From NCBI GenBank assembly GCA_965197965.1, contig OZ240235.1:996666-1060665 (forward strand): a stretch of DNA of 64,000 bases. Reading direction: 5' to 3'. Source of the stretch: Dehalococcoidia bacterium. GTDB taxonomy: Bacteria > Chloroflexota > Dehalococcoidia > Lucifugimonadales > QGNO01. Positions 37,298 through 46,936 of this stretch are shown here, in pieces; position 1 is the first letter of the stretch, and every line of letters begins with the position of its first letter. The position numbers were made by a program, and so were the translations under genes. Below the pieces are notes generated by a model. The model ran no database searches and was not told the DNA's origin. It saw only the letters and a list, made by a program, of their open reading frames with translations.

Positions 37298-38713
37298 GTG
37301 TGCGAGGGGTGTGGCGCTCAATTCGCCAAATGGGAAGGCCGCTGCTCGCAGTGCGGTGAATGGAACACCCTTACCGAGACCTTGCTGCAACAAACCAAGC
37401 GCCATTCCTGGGTCGCCGACGGTCCATCCCGGGTCGAAGAGCTATCCAGCATTAAGCTAGACCTAGAGCAGCGGCTGCAAATGTCATTTCAAGAGTTCAA
37501 CCGCGTCCTGGGAGGCGGACTTGTGCCAGGGGCAATGGTGCTCATGTCCGGTGAGCCGGGCATAGGCAAATCAACGCTTCTGCTACAGACCTCCGCAGCG
37601 CTGGCAGGGGAAGACCGTAAGGTCTTGTACGTTTCCGGAGAGGAGTCGGCCAATCAGGTGCGCATGCGCGCCCAGCGGCTCAACCTGCCCGGAAAGAGTG
37701 TCTATTTCCTATCGGAGACGCAGCTGGAAAAGGTCATTTTAGAAATGGACGCACAGAGGCCGTCGCTGGTGGTGGTGGATTCCATCCAGACAATGACCAC
37801 GGGAGAAATAGCGTCCGCAGCGGGAAGTGTGGCCCAGGTAAGGGAATGCGCCCGGTTTATCACGCAGTGGGCCAAGGAACACGGCGTGCCCGTGCTGCTT
37901 GCCGGCCATGTCACCAAGGACGGCGCCGTGGCTGGACCCCGATACCTGGAACACATGGTGGATGTGGTGCTCAACCTTGAGGGCGATACCATGGGGGTAT
38001 ACCGTATTCTGAGGGCTGCCAAGAACAGGTTTGGCCCCACCAATGAAATAGGTGTCTTCCAAATGGGGCAACTCGGCTTGGAAGAGGTTACGGAGCCTTC
38101 TTTGCTTTTCCTCTCCAGCAGGCGCACGGATGTCCCCGGTTCCACCGTAACGGTGACCATGGAGGGAAGCAGACCCCTGCTGGTGGAGGTGCAGGCGCTG
38201 ACCAATCTCACCGTATTCCCACAGCCAAGGCGTACAACCAGCGGCGTGGATTTCCAAAGGCTGCTCCTCATAGCGGCCGCCGCGAGCAAGCGGTTGGGCA
38301 TTCCGTTTGGCAACCAGGACATTATAGTGAACATACCGGGTGGGCTCAGGGTGAAGGAGCCGGCCGTTGATCTGAGCGTGGCTCTGGCGCTAATATCCAG
38401 CTTCCGAAACGTGCCATGCGACCCCTGGACAGTGGCCATCGGCGAGATCGGCCTGGGTGGTGAGTTGAGGGGTGTGCCTCATCTGGCAAGACGTCTAGCC
38501 GAGGCGGAGAGGATGGGCTTTCACCGCGCCATTGTGCCCTGGGTACAGTCCAGAGAGGCAAATGACGTCGGCATTGAACTGATTGCCGCGGCCACCCTGA
38601 GTCAGGCGCTGCGCCAAATGTTGCCCGGCACACGGAAAGCTGCAGAGGAGATGCGGGAGCCGGAGACGGTTGAAGACCTCGGAATGGAAGAGGACGTTGC
38701 CTTGTTCCAATAG
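37298..38713 (+). CDS. radA: DNA repair protein RadA
   Basis: N-terminal zinc finger (CEGCG...CSQCGEWNT), Walker A (GEPGIGKST), KNRFG motif, and a Lon-like C-terminal domain. The true start may be a non-ATG codon a few codons upstream; the frame is open from 37256. Confidence 0.92.
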   Translation: MCEGCGAQFAKWEGRCSQCGEWNTLTETLLQQTKRHSWVADGPSRVEELSSIKLDLEQRLQMSFQEFNRVLGGGLVPGAMVLMSGEPGIGKSTLLLQTSAALAGEDRKVLYVSGEESANQVRMRAQRLNLPGKSVYFLSETQLEKVILEMDAQRPSLVVVDSIQTMTTGEIASAAGSVAQVRECARFITQWAKEHGVPVLLAGHVTKDGAVAGPRYLEHMVDVVLNLEGDTMGVYRILRAAKNRFGPTNEIGVFQMGQLGLEEVTEPSLLFLSSRRTDVPGSTVTVTMEGSRPLLVEVQALTNLTVFPQPRRTTSGVDFQRLLLIAAAASKRLGIPFGNQDIIVNIPGGLRVKEPAVDLSVALALISSFRNVPCDPWTVAIGEIGLGGELRGVPHLARRLAEAERMGFHRAIVPWVQSREANDVGIELIAAATLSQALRQMLPGTRKAAEEMREPETVEDLGMEEDVALFQ

Positions 38714-38755
38714 ACGGCGTTAGATGAACGTGCGATTACAGCATATCTATGAGGT

Positions 38756-39073
38756 GTGGCAATGAATGTATCTCTACTCTACTTAGACGGTTGCCCCAAC
38801 TGGGAGCAGACGCTGACGGATGTGAGAGAAGTCCTTGCTGAGTATCATGTGGACGCAGATGTTAATCTTATAAGAGTCTCTTCACAGCAGCAGGCGGAAG
38901 AGATGGAGTTTCTGGGCTCTCCAACAGTGAGGGTAGAAGGAATGGACGTAGAGCCGGACATTCTGGAATCCGGTTTCAACTTGGAATGCCGGGTCTACTG
39001 GATAGAAGACGACCCGGTTGGCAGGCCGCCTAAAGAGTGGATAGCAGCAGCGGTAGAAGTGGCCTTAGAATAG
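38756..39073 (+). CDS. Small thioredoxin-fold-like protein (family uncertain)
   Basis: 105 aa. LLYLDGCPNW ... FLGSPTVRVEG resembles glutaredoxin/thioredoxin-like small proteins with a single N-terminal Cys-Pro. Confidence 0.4.
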   Translation: MAMNVSLLYLDGCPNWEQTLTDVREVLAEYHVDADVNLIRVSSQQQAEEMEFLGSPTVRVEGMDVEPDILESGFNLECRVYWIEDDPVGRPPKEWIAAAVEVALE

Positions 39074-39097
39074 GGTGCCTGCCCTGCCCTGTTTTTC

Positions 39098-39126
39098 TTG
39101 ACGGCGCTTGGTCATGAAGATATACT
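39098..39126 (+). promoter_or_regulatory. Promoter candidate for the tRNA-tuf operon
   Basis: TTGACG (39098-39103), a 17-nt spacer, then TATACT (39121-39126). Confidence 0.5.
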
Positions 39127-39225
39127 TTAAGTCTGAGAGTGCTCGGATTTGCAATGTTTGCTTATCAGCGACTCAAGTCAGGGATGGCTTGAGTCGCTGT
39201 TGGGTGAGGAGATAGGAAGCTACGT

Positions 39226-39298
39226 GCCCGAGTGGCGCAATGGTAGCGCAACCGATTTGTAATCGGTAGGTTGGTGGGTTCGAATCCCCTCTCGGGCT
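39226..39298 (+). tRNA. tRNA-Thr (anticodon UGU)
   Basis: Acceptor gcccgag/ctcgggc, D arm gcgc-aatggta-gcgc, anticodon stem accga/tcggt with loop tTTGTaa. The T arm has one mismatch. CCA is not encoded. Confidence 0.8.
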
Positions 39299-39356
39299 AT
39301 AACCTGCGCATTTCCTTTGCGCCCCGCATTGGTGGCATGTTACACTGAGGCGCTTT

Positions 39357-39444
39357 GGAGGGGTGGGTGAGTGGCTAATACCACCAGACTGTAAATCTGG
39401 CGCCCGGAAGGGCTTCGCAGGTTCGAATCCTGCCCCCTCCACCA
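39357..39444 (+). tRNA. tRNA-Tyr (anticodon GUA), long variable arm
   Basis: Acceptor ggagggg/cccctcc, anticodon stem ccaga/tctgg with loop cTGTAaa, a long extra arm, T arm gcagg-ttcgaat-cctgc, and an encoded CCA. Confidence 0.9.
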
Positions 39445-39472
39445 TAAAGTAGTAGAGTTATAATGGGCAAGA

Positions 39473-39548
39473 GCCCACATAGCTCAGTAGGCAGAGCACG
39501 TTCTTGGTAAGAACGAGGTCATCGGTTCGAATCCGATTGTGGGCTCCA
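39473..39548 (+). tRNA. tRNA-Thr (anticodon GGU)
   Basis: Acceptor gcccaca/tgtgggc, anticodon stem cgttc/gaacg with loop tTGGTaa, T arm atcgg-ttcgaat-ccgat, and an encoded CCA. Confidence 0.9.
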
Positions 39549-39564
39549 CCAGGAGGAAAGGTAA

Positions 39565-40752
39565 ATGGCAAAGCAGAAGTTTCAGCGCACAAAGCCGCAC
39601 ATAAACGTGGGAACAATTGGTCACGTAGACCACGGTAAGACCACGTTGACATCAGCCATCACACAGGTGCTGGCTAAACACAACACCGGTACGGCGTTCC
39701 GTGCCTTTGATTCCATAGACAACGCTCCTGAAGAGAAGGCGCGCGGCGTGACTATAGCCATAGCTCACATTGAGTACGAAACCGAGACCCGTCACTACGC
39801 CCACGTAGACTGTCCGGGCCACGCCGACTACATCAAAAACATGATCACAGGCGCGGCTCAAATGGACGGCGCTATCCTGGTAGTGAGCGCGCCGGACGGC
39901 CCAATGCCGCAGACTAGAGAACACATCCTACTCGCCCGGCAGGTGGAGGTCCCGCGAATCGCCGTCGCCTTGAACAAGGTCGACATGATGGACGACGAGG
40001 AGCTCTTGGAGCTTGTTGAGTTGGAGGTCAGGGAGCTGCTCTCCCGCTACGATTTCCCCGGAGACGACATACCCGTAGTGCGCGTTTCCGCCTTGAAAGC
40101 TCTGGAAGGAGACGAGGAAGAGGAGCAGCGTATCCTGGAGCTGATGCAGGCGGTCGACGACTATATTCCACTGCCGGAGCGCCCGCGCGACCAGCCCTTC
40201 CTGATGCCCGTGGAAGACGTGTTCGGTATCAAGGGTAGAGGTACCGTGGTCACCGGGCGCGTGGAACGCGGTGTGGTGAAACCCGGTGATGACATAGAAA
40301 TAGTGGGGCTTGTTGATACCCGCAAGACTGTGGTCACAGGCGTGGAGATGTTCCACAAACTGCTGGATGAAGGCGAGCCCGGAGACGCAGTGGGGTGTCT
40401 GTTGCGCGGTGTGGACAGGGAAGACGTGGTGCGAGGCCAAGTGCTGGCTAAACCAGGCAGCGTAACGCCACACACAACGGCCCTGGGCCAGGTCTATGTG
40501 CTGACCAAGGAAGAAGGCGGGCGTCATACCCCGTTCTTCAATGGCTACAAACCTCAGTTCTACATAAGAACTACGGACGTTACGGGTGAGATAGAGTTGC
40601 CCAGCGGCGTTGAGATGGTAATGCCGGGCGACAACATTGAAATGACCATCAAGCTGATCTCGCCAATAGTACTGGAGAACGGGCTGCGGTTCGCTATACG
40701 TGAGGGCGGCAGAACCGTGGGATCAGGAGTGGTCATCAACATCGTAGAGTAG
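39565..40752 (+). CDS. tuf: elongation factor Tu
   Basis: [27 protein letters not shown] and NKVD GTPase motifs, 395 aa. Confidence 0.97.
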   Translation: MAKQKFQRTKPHINVGTIGHVDHGKTTLTSAITQVLAKHNTGTAFRAFDSIDNAPEEKARGVTIAIAHIEYETETRHYAHVDCPGHADYIKNMITGAAQMDGAILVVSAPDGPMPQTREHILLARQVEVPRIAVALNKVDMMDDEELLELVELEVRELLSRYDFPGDDIPVVRVSALKALEGDEEEEQRILELMQAVDDYIPLPERPRDQPFLMPVEDVFGIKGRGTVVTGRVERGVVKPGDDIEIVGLVDTRKTVVTGVEMFHKLLDEGEPGDAVGCLLRGVDREDVVRGQVLAKPGSVTPHTTALGQVYVLTKEEGGRHTPFFNGYKPQFYIRTTDVTGEIELPSGVEMVMPGDNIEMTIKLISPIVLENGLRFAIREGGRTVGSGVVINIVE

Positions 40753-40756
40753 GGAC

Positions 40757-40927
40757 ATGGCCAAGAAGAGAAGTGAAGCTAGGATAATCATCACGCTGGC
40801 CTGCTCAGATTGTCGTGAGCGATCGTACACCACGGAAAAGAACCGTCGGAACGACCCCAACAGGATGGAACTGAACAAGTTTTGCCCGCGCTGTAGAGGC
40901 TCGCGCGCGCATAGGGAAGTGAGATAG
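40757..40927 (+). CDS. rpmG: 50S ribosomal protein L33
   Basis: 56-aa ORF not in the track: [56 protein letters not shown]. It has the CxxC...CxxC zinc ribbon and sits in the canonical position between tuf and secE. Confidence 0.88.
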   Translation: MAKKRSEARIIITLACSDCRERSYTTEKNRRNDPNRMELNKFCPRCRGSRAHREVR

Positions 40928-40928
40928 C

Positions 40929-41156
40929 ATGGCAAGGCCCATCCTGAGGCGGCAGTCTCCCTCGGAGGCGTCGAGAGGTGGGCTTTTCCGCTTCTTCGGC
41001 GAGGTCATAAGCGAGCTCAAGAAGGTCACCTGGCCCACTCCCCAGGAGACTGTACGGCTCACCTTGCTGGTGATTGCCGTATCCATAGTAATAGGCACGG
41101 CTTTAGGCCTGATAGACATTCTATTCACTGAACTGCTTGATATAGTCCTGTCTTAA
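40929..41156 (+). CDS. secE: preprotein translocase subunit SecE
   Basis: EVISELKKVTWPT motif plus a single C-terminal TM helix. It lies upstream of nusG. Confidence 0.88.
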   Translation: MARPILRRQSPSEASRGGLFRFFGEVISELKKVTWPTPQETVRLTLLVIAVSIVIGTALGLIDILFTELLDIVLS

Positions 41157-41172
41157 TCTGAGAAGAATCAGC

Positions 41173-41751
41173 ATGACATCCAAGACCAAAAAGGTGCAGA
41201 CCGATACAACACAACCTCGCTGGTATTTTGTCCATACCTACTCAGGCCAAGAGGAGCGTGTCAGAAAAAACCTGGAGCAGCGCATCACCACCATGGACGC
41301 CCATCATAAAATCGTCCAGGTGATTGTTCCTACAGAAGAAGTGGTGGAAATCAGGGAAGGCAGGCGCGTTCCAAAACGGGTGAGGCTCTACCCCGGCTAT
41401 ATCATGGTTCAGATGAACATGGACGACGAGAGCTGGCACATAGTACGCAATACACCCGGTGTCACCGGATTTGTATCGTCGGAAGACGAACGTGATAAGA
41501 GGCCCAAGCCTGTTCCCCTGGAGCCTTGGGAGGTGGAGAACATCCTACAGCAGGTGGCATCGGAGACACCCAAGGCCAGGGTGGGCTTTACCAAGGGGCA
41601 GAGCGTTAGAATTACGGACGGCCCCTTTGCCGACTTCATTGGAGTGGTGGACACCATAGACACCGACAAGGGGAAGCTTAACGTACTGGTATCGTTCTTC
41701 GGCAGGGAGACACCGGTAGAGTTGGACTTTCTGCAGGTGGAAAAGCTTTAG
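41173..41751 (+). CDS. nusG: transcription termination/antitermination factor NusG
   Basis: WYFVHTYSGQEERV NGN domain and a C-terminal KOW (GQSVRITDGPFADFIGVV). Confidence 0.95.
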   Translation: MTSKTKKVQTDTTQPRWYFVHTYSGQEERVRKNLEQRITTMDAHHKIVQVIVPTEEVVEIREGRRVPKRVRLYPGYIMVQMNMDDESWHIVRNTPGVTGFVSSEDERDKRPKPVPLEPWEVENILQQVASETPKARVGFTKGQSVRITDGPFADFIGVVDTIDTDKGKLNVLVSFFGRETPVELDFLQVEKL

Positions 41752-41763
41752 CGTGTTGCAATA

Positions 41764-42189
41764 ATGGCAAAGAAGATAAGAGCAATAATCAAGTTGCAGA
41801 TACAGGCGGGACAGGCAACACCAGCCTACCCAGTTGGTCCCGCCTTGGGCCAGCACGGCGTCAATATCATGGGTTTCGTGAAGGAGTTCAACTCACGAAC
41901 CGCCAACCAGACGGGCAGCATAGTTCCGGTTGAGCTAACCGTATTTGAAGACAGGTCCTTTACTTTCGTAACCAAGACCTCCCCCGCCTCGGACATGCTT
42001 CGCAAGGCGGCCGGCGTAGAGAAGGGCAGCACACAGGCAGGCAGGGAGAAGGTGGCCGCGGTGCCCCGCTCTGCCATACGTGAAATAGCTGAAACCAAGA
42101 TGAACGACCTGAATGCGGGTTCAGTGGAAGCCGCTATGAAGATTATAGAGGGCTCAGCGCGCAGCATGGGCATAGAGGTTACCGAGTAA
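41764..42189 (+). CDS. rplK: 50S ribosomal protein L11
   Basis: [30 protein letters not shown] signature. Confidence 0.96.
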   Translation: MAKKIRAIIKLQIQAGQATPAYPVGPALGQHGVNIMGFVKEFNSRTANQTGSIVPVELTVFEDRSFTFVTKTSPASDMLRKAAGVEKGSTQAGREKVAAVPRSAIREIAETKMNDLNAGSVEAAMKIIEGSARSMGIEVTE

Positions 42190-42902
42190 TGGCCAAGCTA
42201 AAGAAGAGGTTGTCAGAAGCCACAACCAAGGTGGAGAAAGATAGGAATTATGAGCCTGAAGAGGCCATAAACCTAGTAAAACAGACCGCCACGGCTAATT
42301 TCGACGAAACGGTGGAGATTCACCTCCGTACCGGTGCAGACCCCAGGCATGCCGATCAGCAGCTTCGCGGCGTGGCGCTTTTGCCCAACGGCTTGGGAAG
42401 ACCCGTAAGGGTTCTGGTATTTGCTCAGGGCGACGCAGCCAGAGCGGCAAGGGAGACGGGCGCTGACTACGTAGGTGACGACGATGTCATCAAAAGGATA
42501 GATGGCGGTTGGGTGGAGTTCGATATTGCAATAGCCACCCCGGACATGATGGGCAAGATAGGACGGCTTGGGCGAGTGCTGGGCCGCCGGGGGCTTATGC
42601 CCAATCCCAGAACGGGAACCGTGGTGCAGCCGGGAGACATTGGCAGGGCTGTGGATGAAGCCAAGAAAGGGCGCGTGGAGGTGCGCATGGACAGGACCGC
42701 AATAATCCACGCTCCCATCGGCAAGGCTAGCTTTGAATCCGACAAGCTCTATGAAAACCTGTCAAGCCTGATGGAAATGGTCTCGCGCTCCCGGCCTGCC
42801 GCCGTCAAAGGGCAGTTCATCCGCAGCGCCTACATGACCTCCAGCATGGGGCCGAGCATTCCGCTTGACCTTGCTTCTCTGACCGAGCTGAGGGTAGAAT
42901 AG
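42189..42902 (+). CDS. rplA: 50S ribosomal protein L1
   Basis: FDETVEIHLRTGADPRHADQQLRG and GRLGRVLGRRGLMPNP signatures. Confidence 0.96.
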   Translation: MAKLKKRLSEATTKVEKDRNYEPEEAINLVKQTATANFDETVEIHLRTGADPRHADQQLRGVALLPNGLGRPVRVLVFAQGDAARAARETGADYVGDDDVIKRIDGGWVEFDIAIATPDMMGKIGRLGRVLGRRGLMPNPRTGTVVQPGDIGRAVDEAKKGRVEVRMDRTAIIHAPIGKASFESDKLYENLSSLMEMVSRSRPAAVKGQFIRSAYMTSSMGPSIPLDLASLTELRVE

Positions 42903-43046
42903 ACTCCCAAAACTGAATAACGAACGCCGTAGACAGCGGGCGCCACTAGAGGCTTAATCAAGGCCCGCCGAGGCAGGAAAGCGAGCCGGCAAGTTGGCTT
43001 TACTTCCCCTGTCTTTTGCGGCAGGGGATTTTTTATTGAGGTAAGG
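42903..43046 (+). promoter_or_regulatory. rplJ (L10) leader with attenuator-like hairpin
   Basis: 144-nt untranslated gap. The hairpin cccctg...cagggg (43006-43027) is followed by attttttat immediately before the rplJ SD, consistent with the L10/L12 autoregulatory leader known in many bacteria. Confidence 0.45.
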
Positions 43047-43607
43047 ATGCCTACTCAGAAAAAGATAGACGAAGTGCAACTCTTGGCTGAAAAGCTCTCG
43101 CAGGCTACTGTTGCTGTAGCGGCGGATTTTACCTCCATGCCGGTCAAGAGCATGACAGGACTGCGCAAGCATCTACGCGAGGCCGACGTGGAGTTCAGGG
43201 TAGTCAAGAATACTTTGACCGAAAGGGCCGCTGATGCAGCGGGTAGACCGGAGTTGAAGGAGCTGCTGGCGGGTCCCACGGGCCTGGCGCTGGGCTTTGC
43301 CGATCCCCTTACGCCCATAAAGACGATCCACGACTACGTGCGCACCAACAGGCTGCCCATGGTGGTAAGGGCCGCTACCATGATGGACGGCCGCGTCTAC
43401 AAGGATGCGCAGCTTACGCTGCTGACCACATTGCCCCCACGAGAGGTGCTTCTGGCCCAACTACTGGGGCAGATGGCATCGCTGCCCACCCGCCTGGTCA
43501 GAGCTATCAACCAGCCTTTGCAGGGACTGGCGAACGTGATGAACGGCCCGCTGGTTGGCCTGGCAAACGTCTTGCAGGCCAGGGTGGACCAGCAAGAAGG
43601 GAAGTAG
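43047..43607 (+). CDS. rplJ: 50S ribosomal protein L10
   Basis: K..V..L.EKL....V.V.DF.G....M..LR..LR......VVKNTL pattern, and position between rplA and rplL. Confidence 0.93.
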   Translation: MPTQKKIDEVQLLAEKLSQATVAVAADFTSMPVKSMTGLRKHLREADVEFRVVKNTLTERAADAAGRPELKELLAGPTGLALGFADPLTPIKTIHDYVRTNRLPMVVRAATMMDGRVYKDAQLTLLTTLPPREVLLAQLLGQMASLPTRLVRAINQPLQGLANVMNGPLVGLANVLQARVDQQEGK

Positions 43608-43667
43608 AACAACGCTATCAATTCAAAGAGCTCAATTTGCAGAAACCCAATTAGTAAGGAGACGTCA

Positions 43668-44054
43668 GTGGGCAAAGAAGAGGTTATAGAAGCAATAAAG
43701 TCGTTGTCGGTTGTTGAGCTGTCAGAAGTGGTGAAAGCTCTGGAGGAGGAGTTTGGAGTAAGCGCAGCCGCTCCAGTAGCCTTCGCCGCTGCGCCCGTTG
43801 CAGCTGCGGCGCCTTCCGGAGACGCCGCCGCCGAGGAGGAGCAGACCGAGTTCAAGGTGATGCTCAAGGAAGCAGGAGCCAACAAGATCAACGTGATCAA
43901 GGCCGTGAGGGAAGTGACTACCCTGGGTCTGCGCGAGGCCAAAGAGCTGGTGGAGGGAGCGCCCGTAGCAGTGAAGGAAGGCATTGGCAAAGAAGAAGCC
44001 GATGACATACACAAGAAACTACAGGAAGCGGGCGCCACTGTTGCCGTAGAGTAA
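43668..44054 (+). CDS. rplL: 50S ribosomal protein L7/L12
   Basis: Ala-rich hinge followed by [29 protein letters not shown] start. Confidence 0.95.
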   Translation: MGKEEVIEAIKSLSVVELSEVVKALEEEFGVSAAAPVAFAAAPVAAAAPSGDAAAEEEQTEFKVMLKEAGANKINVIKAVREVTTLGLREAKELVEGAPVAVKEGIGKEEADDIHKKLQEAGATVAVE

Positions 44055-44072
44055 ACGGCGCTATCAGGAGGT

Positions 44073-44309
44073 GTGCCTACTTTGAGCCGTAGTAAAGACA
44101 GGGCACGCTACGAAGCTATGAAGCGGCTCAATCCGGATTACAAAGGTTTCCGGGGTTATTCGGTTGAGCCAAACCGTCCCGGGCAAACCCCCATGGAGGC
44201 CGTGACTTGTACGGTGTGCCATCGAAAACGCAATGTGCCTGTGGGTACGGCCATGGAACAGGGCCAGGAATTTGTTTGCCAGAGTTGCCGTGAAGAAAAC
44301 GGTGCTTAG
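44073..44309 (+). CDS. Hypothetical zinc-ribbon protein (78 aa)
   Basis: The CTVC...CQSC pair suggests a Cys4 ribbon. No family recognised. Confidence 0.4.
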   Translation: MPTLSRSKDRARYEAMKRLNPDYKGFRGYSVEPNRPGQTPMEAVTCTVCHRKRNVPVGTAMEQGQEFVCQSCREENGA

Positions 44310-44326
44310 GGCGATCGAGGGGCATC

Positions 44327-45046
44327 ATGGCGGAGCAGGATAAGCCGGAATACAGGCTGCTGATCCGCGATATGCCCGCCAAAGAGAGGCCCCGCGAGAG
44401 ATTGAAGGACTCCGGCGCCGCCTACTTGAGCAATGCCGAGCTGATTGCCATTCTACTCCGCACCGGTACCTCATCTGAGAACGTTATAGACCTATCCAAC
44501 AGGCTGCTGGCAAAGTACGGCGGCTTGGAAGGCATATCCAAAGCCAGCTTCCAAGAGCTGGCATCCATCCACGGCATGGGAGACGCCAAGACAGCTCAAC
44601 TCAAGTCCGCTCTCGAGTTGAGCAAACGTTTGCTGGCCGCTAGCGGTGATGCCAGGCCTGAGGTCCATTCACCTGAGGCTGTCGTCAATTTGCTGGGAGC
44701 GGAAATGTCGCTTCTTGAACAGGAAGAGTTCAGAGTCGTTGCCCTCAACATCAAGAACCAGGTCATCAACATTTCAACCGTGTACAAGGGCAACGTCAAC
44801 TCAGCGGTGGTGCGTGCTTCAGAGGTGTTTCAAGACGCCGTCAGGTCCAACTGCCCCTCGGTCATACTCGTGCACAATCATCCATCAGGAGACCCCAACC
44901 CCAGTCCTGACGACGTAGCGGTGACCAAGCAGCTAGTGGCAGCCGGCGAGCTCCTGGATATAACTGTGCTCGACCATATAGTAATTGGGCAGAGCTCTTA
45001 TGGAAGTTATATCAGCATGAAGAAACGCAGGCTTGGGTTTGGATAG
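44327..45046 (+). CDS. radC: RadC-family JAB/MPN domain protein (UPF0758)
   Basis: N-terminal HhH (PRERL...LSNAELIAILLRTG) and a C-terminal JAMM motif (VHNHPSGDPNPSPDD). Confidence 0.88.
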   Translation: MAEQDKPEYRLLIRDMPAKERPRERLKDSGAAYLSNAELIAILLRTGTSSENVIDLSNRLLAKYGGLEGISKASFQELASIHGMGDAKTAQLKSALELSKRLLAASGDARPEVHSPEAVVNLLGAEMSLLEQEEFRVVALNIKNQVINISTVYKGNVNSAVVRASEVFQDAVRSNCPSVILVHNHPSGDPNPSPDDVAVTKQLVAAGELLDITVLDHIVIGQSSYGSYISMKKRRLGFG

Positions 45047-46478
45047 CAGCCAAGCCTTACAGCCGGCCCCGCCGCGTCTCAAAGCTCCCTGGTCTTACAA
45101 GTGGACGGCCTTCGGCATTGTCTCTCTGGGCACGTTAATGTCCACCCTGGACGGGAGCATAATCAACATAGCCTATCCGGTCCTTTCGGAAACGTTTGGC
45201 ACAGACGCCTCCATTGTGGCCTGGGTAGGCATAGCCTTCTTCCTCACCAGCACCAGTCTCCTATTGACCATGGGTTGGATTGGCGATTTTCTGGGCAGGG
45301 AACGACTGTACATAGCCGGGATTGTGCTTTTCACGGTGGGGCTGGCGCTGGCTGCGCTGGCACAAAACATAGCTCAGCTCGTCTTGGTGCGCGCCCTGCA
45401 GGGGATCGGCGCGGCCATGGTAGTTTCGGTTGGATCGGCCATCTTAGCGGCCACGTTCGATGCCAAGGAGCGCGGCCTTGCCTTTGGCCTGCTGGGCGCA
45501 ACGGTCGGCCTTGGGCTGGCCGGCGGGCCGCTACTTGGCGGCGTGGTCATAGATCTTCTGGACTGGCGTGCGGTGTTCTACACACGACTCCCCCTAAGCC
45601 TGGTTTCGGTGCCTTTGAGCTGGCTGCTGCTGGCACGGCAATCGCGGACGCCTGGCGCATTGCACCTGGATAGCCAGGGTGCGGTGATCCTCCTGGCTCT
45701 GCTCAGCGGCTTTCTTCTGGCGGTGAATCAGGCGGGTAGATTGGGAATCACCTCTCCCCTAGTGCTGGCGGCCATTGCGCTGGTGGTGACGGCACTCCCA
45801 CTTTTTGTGTGGTGGGAGTTGCGAGCACAGCGTCCTATTGTGGACGTTCGCGCCTTCCGCAACCCGGCGCTCTCCACTGGCGTTGCTACGCTGCTGGCGC
45901 ATTTCCAGGCATGGAGCGCCGTGGCTTTTGTTCTACCCTTTGCCATGATAAACGGCTTGGGCTACAGCACGGTCAAAGCGGGTCTCGTGCTGGCCGTCTT
46001 CTCAGTGGTGCGGTCTCTGATCTCGCCAGTGACGGGCTGGCTGTCCGACCGCATGAGTCACGGGTTGCTGATGGCTTCAGGCCTGGTTGTAGTTTCAGCG
46101 GCGCTATTTCTGCTGTCCGGTCTGGGAGTAAGCGCAACCGTGTGGCAGCTTGCCATGATTCTATCGCTGGCTAGCCTTGGCTCCGCCCTGTTCGATCCTA
46201 CCAACGCCAGTTCCATCATGAGCACGGTGCCTGCGGAACGGCTGGGAATGGCGGGAGCCTTCATCGCCACGGGCCGGCAGATAGGCCTTTCAGGAGGCGT
46301 GGCTCTGTCCGGCGCCATACTGGCTTCCCGCGAAGCCCATCACCTGAGCAGCGGCCTGCCACAGAACGAAGCGCTTGTGGCAGGGGCCGGAGACACTCTT
46401 GTAGTGAGCGCGGTTATCACCATCATGGGCATAGCGCCCATTGTACTGGGCAAACTTCGCTCTCTAGCCAGACGCTAG
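45033..46478 (+). CDS. MFS transporter, 14-TM drug:H+ antiporter (DHA2/EmrB-like)
   Basis: About 14 hydrophobic segments. Motif A-like GWIGDFLGRERL, motif C-like region, 481 aa. Confidence 0.82.
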   Translation: MGLDSSQALQPAPPRLKAPWSYKWTAFGIVSLGTLMSTLDGSIINIAYPVLSETFGTDASIVAWVGIAFFLTSTSLLLTMGWIGDFLGRERLYIAGIVLFTVGLALAALAQNIAQLVLVRALQGIGAAMVVSVGSAILAATFDAKERGLAFGLLGATVGLGLAGGPLLGGVVIDLLDWRAVFYTRLPLSLVSVPLSWLLLARQSRTPGALHLDSQGAVILLALLSGFLLAVNQAGRLGITSPLVLAAIALVVTALPLFVWWELRAQRPIVDVRAFRNPALSTGVATLLAHFQAWSAVAFVLPFAMINGLGYSTVKAGLVLAVFSVVRSLISPVTGWLSDRMSHGLLMASGLVVVSAALFLLSGLGVSATVWQLAMILSLASLGSALFDPTNASSIMSTVPAERLGMAGAFIATGRQIGLSGGVALSGAILASREAHHLSSGLPQNEALVAGAGDTLVVSAVITIMGIAPIVLGKLRSLARR

Positions 46479-46561
46479 TTGCCGCTTACTAAGCCAGGCG
46501 GCTATGGGGATGCAGGGGGCGGTTTCGGCCTCCCTTCTTGTGCACTCCACAGCCGGGGCGA

Positions 46562-46936
46562 TCATGGCAAGTCTTGTTCGGCGTCTTCCAATAGCTTTCG
46601 CAGCTGGGGCACCAGGTCTGGAATGGCGTCCTGGATTATCGACCAGAGGATGGCGTCGCTGATGTGCAGGTAGGCGTGAGCCAGGCGATTTCGAGCGCCT
46701 ATCATTGCGCGCCATGGAATGGATGGATAGGCTGTACGGACATCATCGGGAACGTGAGTGGCAGCCTCGCCGATCAGTTGGATATTACGCAGGGTGGCGT
46801 CATAGGTTCTTCGATCAGCGACAAATGCAGCCATGTCCAGCCTGGAGGTATAGCCCAAGACCGCTTCTGCAAAATCCAACATATCCTGGACGTAGAAGCT
46901 CCATGGGCGCTCTTGCCCCACAGAATCAGACATGGA
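46562..46936 (-). CDS. hepT: HepT-family (DUF86) toxin of a type VII toxin-antitoxin pair
   Basis: The internal ATG at 46936 gives a 124-aa protein with the R-x4-HxY-type motif (ARNRLAHAY). It overlaps the upstream nucleotidyltransferase gene by 11 nt. Confidence 0.8.
   Translation of the reverse strand, partial: SMSDSVGQERPWSFYVQDMLDFAEAVLGYTSRLDMAAFVADRRTYDATLRNIQLIGEAATHVPDDVRTAYPSIPWRAMIGARNRLAHAYLHISDAILWSIIQDAIPDLVPQLRKLLEDAEQDLP

Noticed and set aside
39173-39652. Two minus-strand ORFs (90 aa and 64 aa).
   Set aside because: They lie entirely over the three tRNA genes and the tuf 5' end, so they are shadow ORFs.
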